From assembly GCF_006345805.1 (NCBI RefSeq), contig NC_043000.1, positions 28,644,001-28,708,000 of the forward strand: DNA of 64,000 bases. The letters are read 5' to 3'. Position 1 is the first letter of the stretch; every line of letters begins with the position of its first letter. The stretch comes from Octopus sinensis. Lineage: Eukaryota. Both the position numbers and the translations under genes were made by a program. This document shows, in pieces, positions 12,401 through 23,455 of this stretch. The notes beneath the pieces are model-generated. The model saw nothing but the letters and a program-made list of their open reading frames with translations. It made no database searches and was not told the origin of the DNA.

Positions 12401-12980
12401 TGCGATGCCGCTTCTAATTGCCTCTTCTAGCTTCTTAACTAACTCACCCTCTACTCTATTTCTGTCTATGGCTAGTGCTTTGCTGTACCTAATCGCTTCT
12501 GCTTTTACTGCTCTCTTGAGGGCAAACCACCATTTGTTGTTGATGATGGCTCCTGTCAAAGCCCTCTTTACTAGTGTGCTAATCCGGTCTCTGAAAACCT
12601 GTCTCGATGGGAAAGACGTGTTTAGTTTCCAGTATCCGGGACCCTGCCTAAGTGTCTTACCTAGTCTAGCGTACATGTCACAAGTTTGTGATCCGTGTAG
12701 CTGACTATGTGGAATTGTGGACATCCTATTCTATCTCTATCTACTGTCCTACACAGTATCCAATCTAGGTACGATCTCGACGACCCGATGCGGTTGCTCC
12801 ATGTCAACGTTGGCGCATTCGGGTGGTCTAGTCGGAACCTGTCAGACAGTTGAAAGCGTCTGAGCAGGTCTCTGAGGCATTTGCATTCCCGTCTATTCCT
12901 ATCTCTACCCACGTAGTCTACATGCGTGTCCAAGGTAGCATTCCAATCCTCCACTAAGAGTAAGGGACGAGACGTTCCCA
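9494..12980 (-). mobile_element. L1/Tx1-clade LINE family A, 5'-truncated inside the endonuclease domain
   Basis: ORF2 fragments carry endonuclease GDWNA and SYLD motifs, GPGYWKLN, RT motifs KAFDRVDH, QGCPLS and YADD, and a C-terminal CPRC..ETVLH..C. The 3' UTR ends ggccaataaagaa; both flanks are tetranucleotide microsatellite. Confidence 0.93.
9934..12954 (-). pseudogene. Family A ORF2 (AP endonuclease-reverse transcriptase), frameshifted
   Basis: Split over ORFs 12661-12954, 10745-12724, 10441-11046 and 9934-10308. Confidence 0.9.
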
Positions 12981-13054
12981 GGTAGGTAGAAAGGTAGGTA
13001 GGTAGGTAGGTTAGTAGATAGATAGATAGATAGATAGGATAGATAGATAGATAG

Positions 13055-13085
<31 letters not shown>

Positions 13086-13094
13086 CAGACGGAC

Positions 13095-13178
<84 letters not shown>

Positions 13179-13179
13179 G
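12981..13179. repeat. (GGTA)/(GATA)n tract between two Tx1 family A insertions
   Basis: Direct read of the repeat. Confidence 0.95.
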
Positions 13180-13329
13180 GATTTTTTATTGGCCACGCAG
13201 GGATAAACACAGAAGGGACAAAATACAAATTTTTCTTTTTGGGAAGAAGAGAAGGGAAAAAATGGGTCGGGTTCCGATCAAAAGGGATCGTGGGAAAAAA
13301 ACGATGGGGACGATCAATAGGGATCGTGT
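13180..13329 (-). mobile_element. Tx1 family A, about 150-bp 3' UTR-only copy embedded in (GATA)n
   Basis: ttattggccacgcaggg...gggacaa plus both cgatc...gatcg hairpins; (GATA)n on both sides. Confidence 0.85.
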
Positions 13330-13330
13330 T

Positions 13331-13408
<78 letters not shown>

Positions 13409-13559
13409 ATGATTGATTGATTCATTGATTTATTGACTGATTGATTAATTCATTCATTCCTGATTATTTCTCCTTCAAGAAACACCATGAAATAAAGTGT
13501 CTGCTATTATATGTCTTAAAATATGCTTATCTCCTATATAAAATCCGTTCTGCGCGCGC

Positions 13560-14575
13560 GCGTGTGTGTGCGTGTGTATGTGTGGCTTCTAGGATCTCGG
13601 GCATCCTCCATCCGATTGCGCTCAAATTTGATATGTAGATACCGACAGTATCAAGGCGTGTATAAGTCTTGAAAAAAATTACAAAAATTGATTCCCGGTG
13701 AGAATGCGATCGATAAAGTGAATAAAATCGTTTTTCTTTGGAATAGAAAAAAATGTCTATATTTATTTCTTCTTTTGCTGGTGTCTCAAATTTAGGTTTA
13801 ATTAGTATTTCTCAAATGGGAGGCTTATGGGACGTTCGGACAAGTTGTTTTGAGAAACTTTGGTTTAAATGTTTGACAACTCAGCACCGTCCATTTGAAC
13901 GGGGGGTGTTTTGCTCGTATATCTCTAAAAATAATGGAGAAATTATCTGCATATAACGATCTGAAAATAAAAGTGGCTACAACGTGGGTGCTAAATGCAG
14001 AAACAATACCCGTTAAAGAACTTACGTTGGGAATTATCTAAAATACATGAATTAAGATTATTAGTTTTAATGAAAATACTAAAAGATAAGTTTCATATAT
14101 CTGATGTGACTAATACTGGCTGCAAGTTGAATAATTTTTATTTTTTTACTAGTCTGACTGCTGCAGGAAGAGCGGCTTCAAGGATAGTTTCTACAGATAT
14201 GCTAAGCTTTGGTGCTGATCATAGTTGAATCAATAAGAGTAGGAGCAAGGTAAATGTAGTAAAAATAGCTGGGGTCAGTGGATCCACATTTAAGCGGCCC
14301 TTCGGAAATTGAACCTCCTTACGATACCTCCTGGGAGTTCATGTTATGAAATTCATTGCCATTGCTCCGATTTGGTCGCCAATGTCATGTATTTAGTTTA
14401 GAATGTAGTAAAAATAGGGGTCCAATTGGGGCCCCAGTTAGGCGGCCCTTCAAAAAATAGATCGCCTTAGGATATTCCCTGGGATTAGAGGAATTGCTGG
14501 TTTGAGTTTCGTTGTCCTTGCATCAACGGTCTTAGAGGACGTAACAGACAGAAACATCACGGAAATTTATAATGG
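13560..14575. mobile_element. Possible Helentron-associated non-autonomous element (DINE-1/HINE-like)
   Basis: Motifs ccgattgcgctcaaatttgatatgtag and ggacgtaacagacagaaacatcacggaaatttataat resemble HINE-type elements; internal duplication of about 90 bp (14250, 14400). Boundaries unclear. Confidence 0.35.
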
Positions 14576-15039
14576 GATAAACGTTGGCTATCATAATGTT
14601 AAAATATTTTTTCAATATGGAAGCAAATGCCTATAGCGTACAGTAGGTCGTATTATTAGACATCATGCAAATATCACAAAAAAGGAACATACCATGTTAA
14701 CTCCAGCCGACCACATACTGCTGTCAGTTACCTCTGCAGTGCTACCTGTACATATTTTGCCACGTAAATGAAGGTGACTATAGCCAAGAGCCGATGTCGT
14801 CACCGATATCAAATTTGTTACTCATTTATGAATCTTACTTGAGTAACCACTAATGGGCACATGTGTCACATGTATATGGTACCATACGGCCTCTCACTCC
14901 TAATAAAGGCTAGTTTACTTAAACTGTCTGCCAGGCTTGACTCTTCCTTGAGATTAACAAGGCAACGCTTCCATGACATACCTTGACAAAGTACAACTAC
15001 ATTGCTTTCCTTCCTTTAGCAAGCTTCTGTGATGAATTA

Positions 15040-15468
15040 TAGGCGTAGGAAAGGCTTGGTGGTAAGTAGCTTGCTTACCAACCACATGGTTCCAGGCTCA
15101 GTCCCACTACATGGCACCTTGGACAAGTGTCTTCTACTATAGCTTCGTGCCGACCAAAGCTTTGTGAGTGGATTTGGTAGACGGAAACTGAAAGAAACCC
15201 GTCGTATATATGTATGTGTGTGTTTGTGTGTGTGTGTGTGTGTGTGCGCGCGTGCATGTGTTTGTGTGTCTGTGTTTGTCTCCCCAACATCGCTTGACAA
15301 CCGATGCTGGTGTGTTTACGTCCCCGTAACGTAGCGGTTCGGCAAAAGAGACCGATAGTATAAGTACTTGGCTTACAAAGAATAAGTCCTGCGGTTGATT
15401 TGCTCGACTAAAGGCGGTACTCCAGCATGGCCACAGTCAAATGACTGAAATAAGTAAAGGGGTAAAAG
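15040..15468 (+). mobile_element. tRNA SINE type d (internal TG microsatellite), near full length
   Basis: Head ggtaagtagcttgcttaccaaccacatggttcc, ggacaagtgtcttctactatagc, internal (TG)n, 3' part acatcgcttgacaaccgatgctgg...ccagcatggccacagtc. Confidence 0.9.
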
Positions 15469-16055
15469 TGTAATTGTGGCATAATGGTCCCTCTCTTGTG
15501 AACATCAACGCTGCTAAATTTGTTATTTCTGCAAAATATTCCATAGGTAAGCTTTGGAAACAATGTGGAAAGAAAATTTCCAAGTGATATATTGTGCCAT
15601 TTTCCGCCTTTTATCTGATGATGTACATACCCGTATGTTGTTGTAAAACATGTCTGTAATGCTATACATTTTGTGTGAAAATTTTATTATTATTCTCCAT
15701 TTGTGTCGTTTATTATGTCATTAATACTTGTTTACGCTTTTCCTCTGCATCTGAATTGCCTTGTTCAGAGGCCGTATCCGGAAAAAACGAATGGCTATAT
15801 TTGCCTTCAAGCTAGACAGTAGAATGAAAATAGACCTCACTGTAGAAGCTGACATTGTTGTGTAACATTAGTAAGACGTAAAATTTAAAAATCTTTTCAA
15901 TAATCATCTGTTTGAAGTGATGTTAAAAATGAGAAATAATTACTTTAGTCACAATTGAAAAATATTGAGAACTCTCGGAGCAAGATTGTATCACACATGA
16001 ACGAGTCTGTAGCAAAAAAAAAAAAAAATAATAAATAATAATAATAATAATAATA

Positions 16056-16094
<39 letters not shown>

Positions 16095-16160
16095 TAATAA
16101 TAATAATAAGAATAATAATAATAATAATAATAATCATATAATAATAATAATAATAATAAT

Positions 16161-16603
16161 AGAGAAATTAAGGCCAACAGACCAGATATAGTTGTCAGAG
16201 ACCATGAGAAAAAAAAATGCTTTCTAATTGATGTATCAGTACGGCAGATGACACACGTGTCTCTAAAAGAAATGGAGAAACTCTCAAAATACCAAGACCT
16301 GGAAATAGAGGTAACTAGAATGTGGATCTGAAAAAAAAACGACACAATTCCTATCATAGTAGGTGTGCATTAGGCATGATAAAAAAATATTCAGACAAAT
16401 ACATAACAAAAACACCAGGACTTACAAACACATATAACATACAGAAAATTGCAACTACTGGGCACTGCACACCATCCTACGCAGAACACTTTCCATACAA
16501 TAACCATCAGAGCATCACAACAAATCACAGCACATACCCAAGGCACACAGAGCTGCGCTCGGTAGTGAAGTTGAAAGCACGCTATAAAATAAAAATAAAA
16601 CTA

Positions 16604-16606
<3 letters not shown>
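16161..16606 (+). mobile_element. R4/Dong-clade LINE 3' end in (AAT)n
   Basis: Reads RPDIVVRDHEKKKCFLIDVS...KLSKYQDLEIEVTRM (PD-D/ExK restriction-like endonuclease) with frameshifts; (AAT)n on both sides. Confidence 0.9.
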
Positions 16607-16668
<62 letters not shown>

Positions 16669-16915
16669 TGGGAACTGCTCATATATAATATCCTACGCAA
16701 AATACTCTCTATGTAATCCAAGGTTTAAAAAACAAACTTTTTTTTTTAATGTAATATTAAGACAACTTTTTTTCACTAGTATAACATCACTAGTACAACA
16801 CCAAAAAAAAAACCCAAAAATGAAAAAAAACAAATACATGGCACAGAACTTCCAACCTGTCTCTTGAGGTTTCTGGGTGACACTTGGTGCCTAGAATAAT
16901 AATAATAATAATAAT

Positions 16916-17338
16916 AGACCAGATATAGTTGTCAGAGATTATGAAGAAAAAAAATGCTTTCTAATTGATGTATCAATACCGGCTGATGACAACGTGTCTC
17001 TAAAAGAAATGGAGAAACTCTCAAAATACAAAGACCTGGAAATAGAGGTAACTAGACGTTGAATCTGGAAAACAGAAACACATTCCTATCATAGTAGGTG
17101 CATGAGGGCATGATATAAAAAAATATTCAGACAAATACATAACAAAAACACCAGGACTTACAAATACATATAACATACAGAAAATTGCACTACTAGGCAC
17201 TGCACAATCCTACGCGCAGAAACACTTTCCATACAATACCCATCAGAGCATCACAACAAATCAACAGCACATACCCAAGGCACACAGAGCTGCGCTCGTA
17301 GTGAAGTGAAAAGCACGCGCTATAAAATAAAACTACTG
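16916..17338 (+). mobile_element. Second R4/Dong 3' end, same family
   Basis: Near-identical to 16178-16606, preceded by (AAT)n and ending ctactg|aataat. Confidence 0.9.
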
Positions 17339-17384
17339 AATAATGATAAAAATAATAATAATTTCCCAACGCAGCAATTATTAT

Positions 17385-17632
17385 AGGCAGTATAGATTGT
17401 GTCTATAATAATTGTTGCGCCGAGAAAATTAAGCAAAGATATAGACAAATGACTGAAGGAGGTTGGAAATAAATGCCCGGTAGAGGTACTGAAGAAAGTT
17501 TGTCTCTTACGAACAGCAAGGATTATTAGGAGGGTTCTAAGCACTGCTAAAAAGTTGTGGATACCTAAGGTAGTAGTTAGAGGTAGTAGTAACCCCCTAC
17601 CAGGAATAAAACCGAACCTGATCCAAGCCAAA
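17385..17632 (+). mobile_element. 3' end of a different R4/Dong-like family followed by (AAT)n
   Basis: Reads roughly SIIIVAPRKLSKDIDK*LKEVG..CPVEVLKKVCLLRTARIIRRVLST, homologous to the R4 C-terminus. Confidence 0.7.
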
Positions 17633-17655
17633 ATAATAAAATAATAATAATAATA

Positions 17656-17692
<37 letters not shown>

Positions 17693-17693
<1 letters not shown>

Positions 17694-18186
17694 GCCCTTA
17701 TGCAGTACCTGGCTTCGGATCTTAACTGATTGGAAGTGTTCTCATGTACATTGTTTAGTCTTGGTATAAAAGATGGGCTATAGCAAATATTCTGCTCAAT
17801 ACCACAGATTTGCTTGTTGGTTGTTTGACCTTAACCAGTTGAGCATGTAGTGGGGGAGCACCATATCCATGTGTTGAGAGGGTTTCTTGGAGGTTTGGTT
17901 AATTCACTTTGGAAACAGGAGTAGTTCGTTCAACATCCTTAAACAATCCTTATTCAGGGACCTTTTGAGCGGGATGTGTTAATTGACTAGAAGAAAATTG
18001 TAACTAGGCCCCACCTGCAAGGTCATGTGCTGTTTATCTTGATATGAGATCACCATGACGCGCACGTATGGTTGTGATGCATGTGCCTGGTGTACCCTTA
18101 TCACACGAGTAGTCATGATGGGTGTACCGGGCTTCATATAGTTGTACCCCGGTGTCACTTTGATGACATGCACTACTCCCTCACTC
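17693..18186. mobile_element. Unclassified non-coding element of about 500 bp embedded in (AAT)n
   Basis: tgcccttatgcagtacc...gcactactccctcactc; an internally deleted copy at 18201-18367 and a partial copy at 27181-27345 also abut (AAT)n. Confidence 0.7.
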
Positions 18187-18408
18187 AATAATAATAATAA
18201 GTGCCCTGATGCAGTACCAGGCAGTGGTACTCATCGCTGGAAGTGTTATCATGTGCATCATTGTCTCTTGGTATAAAAGATAGGCTACATCAAATATTCT
18301 GAATATATTGGGCTTCGTATAATTGCAACCCAGTGTCACTTTGATGGCATGCACTGCTCTCTCACACAATGATAATAATAATAATAATAATATTATTAAT
18401 AATAATAA

Positions 18409-18410
<2 letters not shown>

Positions 18411-18439
<29 letters not shown>

Positions 18440-18650
18440 AAGAAGAAGAAGAAGAAGGAGGAGGAGAAGAAGAAGAAGAAGAAGAAGGAGGAGGAGGAGA
18501 AGAAGAAGAAGAAGAAGGAGGAGAAGAAGAAGAAGAAGAAGAAGGAGAAGAAGAAGAAGAAGAAGAAGAAGAAGAAGAAGAAGAAGAAGAAGAAGAAGAG
18601 AAGAAGAAGAAGAAGAAGAAGAAGAAGAAGAAGAGAAGAAGAAGAAGAAA
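18411..18650. repeat. (GAA)n tract
   Basis: Direct read of the repeat. Confidence 0.95.
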
Positions 18651-19096
18651 CATTACTACAGACAGTACATGGATTTGCTAAAGAAATAAACATGAAATTT
18701 GGGTTTAGAAAAAATTTGCAAAAGCAACTTTGAAATGAAGAAAACTAGTTGAGAGTAGCAACATCATACCAAGTAAAGTAAAGGTAATAAGAGAATTAGA
18801 CCAAAGCCAGACATACAAATAGTGAAGAAACAATGAACTAGATACGACACAACACACACAAGTGAAAGAGAAAATAGAAAAAATACTATAGTCGTGTTAG
18901 ATTAATACTGAAAACGGAGGTCAATACGAAAAAACAAGATAATATGCATGAGCACTCTAGCCGTCCTAGTTATATGTTACACCTACAATATGCTTAACTG
19001 GAAACTAAATGAGCTAATCAAAATACAAATGAAAACAAGAAAAATAATGACAGGATTTTATTAGGATGCACCACCCAAAATCTCACATAGAAAGGT
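18648..19096 (+). mobile_element. R4/Dong LINE internal fragment (after the RT domain)
   Basis: ETLLQTVHGFAKEINMKFG...RMHHPKSHIER, homologous to 28600-29060 on the minus strand. Confidence 0.85.
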
Positions 19097-19660
19097 TAGG
19101 AGGAGGGGAAGGGAGAAGGGGATGAAGGGGAGGAGGGGAGGAGGAAGGAGAGGAGGAGGAGGAAGATGAGTAAGAAGGATGATGAGGAGGGGTAGGAGAA
19201 GAAGAAGAAGAAGAAGAAGAAGAAGAAGACGGAGGAGAATAAATAGAAGAGGAAGAGGAGGGAGGGGAGGAGAGGGGGAAGAAGGAGGAAGAGGATGAGG
19301 GGGAAGGGGAGGAGAGGGGGAAGGGGAGGAGAGGAGGGGAGAAGAAGAAGAAGAAGAATTGGAAGAAAGAGAAGGAAGAGGCGATGAAGAGTATGAGTCC
19401 GATGATAGTGCTGATCGAACAGATCGATGATGGAAACCGTTGTAAACCTCATTATTCTCTCCTTTTCCGTTTATTTTTAACGATAGGAAGAATTGATTGC
19501 GTGGCAGTTGAGAGGTATTCGTTATTTCTATCATGTTGCGTATAATACGCTATAGAGTCTCCCGTTCGTTTGTGATGAGGATGATACCTGAATGGGGCAC
19601 AATATGATAATCTATTGAAGGTGTACAATATGAATCGGCCAAAGAGTAATCGATATATTA

Positions 19661-20280
19661 GGTGCAGGAATGGGTGCGTGGTAAAAAATTGTTTTCTTCC
19701 TAACCGTATGATTCCGGGTTCAGTCTTACTGCGGGGCATCTTGCACAAGTGTCTTCTACGATATCGTCGGACCGGCCAAAGTGGATTTGGTGGGCGAAAA
19801 TGCATGTGTGTATATATATATATATAACATACATATAAGAGGGCTGACCACTAATTTTTCACCTTTATTATTTTAAGTTTATATGTATATATATATATAT
19901 ATGTATATAATATATATATATATATATATAAACATATATAGATATAGATATATAGAAATATATAAATATGTATATATACACACATATATATACCTATATA
20001 TACATATATATATATATACACACACACACACATATATATATATATGTGTGTGTATATGTGTATGTGTCTATGCGTCTGTGTTTGCTCTCCACTATCGTTT
20101 GACAACCGGTGTAGGTGTGTTTATGTCCCCTAACTTAGCGGTTCGGCAAGAGAACTCGATAGAATAAATGCGAGGCTTCAAAAATGTATAAGTACTGGAG
20201 TCGATTCATTCGACAAAACGTTCTTCAAGTCGGTGCCCCAGCATGGCCGCAGTCTAATGACTGAAACAAGGAAAAGACGT
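19661..20280 (+). mobile_element. SINE type d with expanded internal (TA)n
   Basis: Degenerate head at 19661-19790; 3' part at 20060-20280. Confidence 0.75.
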
Positions 20281-20781
20281 AAGATATAGATTCTTCCTCA
20301 GGGCCCCACCTCAAAAAAAAAAAATTTTTTGTGGGGAAGCTTGTATATGAAGGGCAAAATACATTAGTAGATGCAAGGCCAGTAATCCGACAGATAATAA
20401 TATTAAGCTACCTTGACAGCAAATCTTTTATATCCATCTCATTGGCGTATTTGTAAAGAAAAATACTGAAGCATTGAAAACATAATACAAATGAAGATAG
20501 TGAAGATTAAAGAGAAAGGTTTGCGTGTGTAGATGAATAGTTGAAGCGCAGTGTATGACCGGAGGTAACATTCTCGAAGATTTTGTCGAACACACAATTA
20601 TTGTCGTCGAAGGACAAAAGAGAAGAGATACTGCTGTTCGTTGTATTGTATTGTAACATAAGATTGAGCGTGTGATGGGTTTCGTAATGCAGAAATACAA
20701 TCTTCTATGGACAGGAACGCATTGAAATATTGAGATCATACGACGGAATAAACGGGAATATATATATATATCTGTGTGCAC

Positions 20782-20812
<31 letters not shown>

Positions 20813-21148
20813 TGAGAGTGTGTGCATGAGAGAGATAGTGTGGAAGAGTGCGTGTGGGTGAGGGTGGAGGAAGAAAGAGAAAGAGAATTAGAGAGAGAAG
20901 AAGAGGAGGAGGGGTGAGGGGGAGGAGGAGGTGCAAGGGCGGTCTTGCAAGAGTTAAAGAGTGCGTGAGGTTGAGTGTGTTAAAATGTGTATGTGTGTGT
21001 GTGTATGTGTGTGTATGTGTTTGTGTTTTTCCGTAATGGTGGTTTTTGTATCAACGACTCATGAGATTCGGGATGGGGACCGTAATATATCATAACACAC
21101 ACACACACACCACACACTCGCACATACACACGCGCGCACACTGACACA

Positions 21149-21208
<60 letters not shown>

Positions 21209-21596
21209 ATATATGAATGTATACATCTATTTATGTATATATATATATATACACAAAGCTGTATGGTCTCTCTATATGTGTGTTTTAGTGCACGAGTTCA
21301 CTTTTACGAGAGTTTGCTTTTGTGTGTGTATGTGTCTTGTAAGATTTCGGTGGATGAAAACTATAACCCTTGTTCACTTCCTTGCAATAGCTATTTCTGT
21401 TATTCTCACCAGATTATGGAGAAAGGTAGAGAGGTCTTAATACTAACATGTCTTTATCGGTCTCTCAAACTATTTGTGAATATGAGGAACTACCCAGTCA
21501 AAAGGCTTGCATAATTTCACTCTTAATATTGTACATATCTTAGATCATATGTGTGTACGTACATAAATAAATGCATGGGAATATTCATATACACAT

Positions 21597-21990
21597 GCGT
21601 GGCTGTGTGGTAAATAGCTTGCTTACCAACCACGTAGTTCAGGGTTCAGTCCCACTGCGTGGCACCTTGGGAAAGTGTCTTCTCCTATAGCCTCGGGCCG
21701 ACCAAAGCCTTGTGAGTGGATTTGGTAGACGGAAACTGAAAGAAGCCCGTCGTATATATGTATATATATATGTATGTGTGCATATGTTTGTGTGTCTGTG
21801 TTTGTCCCCTTAACATCGCTTGACAACCGATGCTGGTGTATTTACGTCCCCGTAACTTAGTGGTTCCGCAAAAGAGACGAATACAATAAGTACTAGGTTT
21901 ACAAAGAATAAGTGCCGGGGTCGATTTGCTACACTAAAGGCAGTGCTCTAGTATGGCCACAATCAAATAACTGAAACAAGTAAAAGAAAA
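21597..21990 (+). mobile_element. SINE type d, full length
   Basis: Colinear with 15040-15468. Confidence 0.9.
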
Positions 21991-22129
21991 TGAGATACAA
22001 ACACACACAAACACACACAGTAAAATAAAAAAATTAACTCGAGACGAACTTTGGACAATAGTACACTCCATCAGGATCAGAAAAACTTGCTGAGCGTACC
22101 TACAAGCATACCTTACCAAAACCTCTGGC

Positions 22130-23455
22130 CTGAAACTATTATCGTTCAGAAATTCATTCCACAGGTCCGTTCACCTCAGAGTCTTGACGAAGAAAGAGGC
22201 TTTTCAAATGCATAGCTTCTTGACGCAAAGTAATTTCCCCCTTACTACCGATCCGGACGTCTTTATTCGCTCCTCCACACGGCTCCCTGATCTGAAGATC
22301 ACTGTCCTTCCATTCCGTTTCAAAGTTTTCCATCTACCTGGGTGGACGATGCTCATTTTGTGATCTCTGAAATCTCGTGGCGCTGGTCTCTCCCTCTCTT
22401 TTCGTCACAACAGGGGCTGACGATCCTACGGACGCCCAAGATGTCAGCGACATTCGGCCCATCGATAGGTTATCCCGAAAGTTCACTACATTCACCCTTC
22501 GGTTCTCCCACTGAGTACACGAGGCGGCTTAGCTTAGACTTCGTCCCTGATCTGAATAGATGCAGACCCTTCCATTTCTTCTGTTACTGTATCCCGCTTG
22601 GCTGTTTCCATCCGTACTTAAACACAACTCTGTGGAACCGATTCATCAGCTTGTCCTACCCTAGACACCATACTGTACCATAAAAACTGCCTTGGCTTTT
22701 ATTATGCGACGGTATCGTACCCTATTCCCTATACGGCGGCGAGGTGGCAGAAACGTTAGCACGCCGGGCGAAATGCTTAGCAGTATTTCGTTTGCCGCTA
22801 CGTTCTGATGAAAGGCAAAGGATGAAAGGCAAAGTCGACCTCAGTGGAATTTGACACTGAGGTCGACTTTGCCTTTCATCCTTTCGGGGTCGATTAAATA
22901 AGTACCAGTTACGCACTGGGGTCGATATAATCGACTTAATCCGTTTGTCTGTCCTTGTTTGTCCCTTCTGTGTTTGGCCTCTTGTGGGTAGTAAAGAAAT
23001 AGGTATCGTTCCCTATTCCCATTTCTTGTACGCAATTCTAAAAAATTGTCCCATTTTCTATCTTTCGAATGTCACCTGCCCCGAATGTAACACTGAGCTG
23101 TTGTCCGTCAACACTGCACGACCACTCGTTTTCTTTCCAGAAATACCGTGTGCAGCGCCTCTGCAATTTCGGCAGCATTCCCTATCCTGATTTCCCTCCA
23201 TATTATCATGCACCCTGGCCAACTGTCAACAATTGAGAGGTACAATGCTCCCGATAATGCGTCACATTTCTCGCCAGCATCTTCTGGTCTTCCTCCACTT
23301 AAATCTATCCCGTTTCATGCACACTCGGTACGGGGTAGATGAATTGACATTTGTGACAAATCCCAGCTACCCTCCGAAAACTCCCCGGTGACTTTCCACT
23401 CGATTTCCATGGGATTCATGTTGAGCAGCCTCCTCAGCTCTGCGAAGGTTTTATC
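22130..23455 (-). pseudogene. Old relic of a Tx1-type ORF1 (gag-like), interrupted by a SINE
   Basis: Minus-strand frames give WPGCMIIWREIRIGNAAE...KRVVVQ, DGQQ and CYIRG pieces that align by eye with family C ORF1 WLGRNINILIQG...RVQVEGRKPTCY. Confidence 0.45.
22733..23001 (+). mobile_element. CORE-type SINE monomer with 19-bp TSD and an internal hairpin
   Basis: ggtatcgt(a/t)ccctattccc at 22711-22729 and 23002-23020; tail ends gggtagtaaagaaata. Confidence 0.9.

Noticed and set aside
18411-19400. Long GAA and purine tracts (also CT tract 42800-43240) as functional triplex elements
   Set aside because: Triplex potential is generic, and nothing here indicates function.
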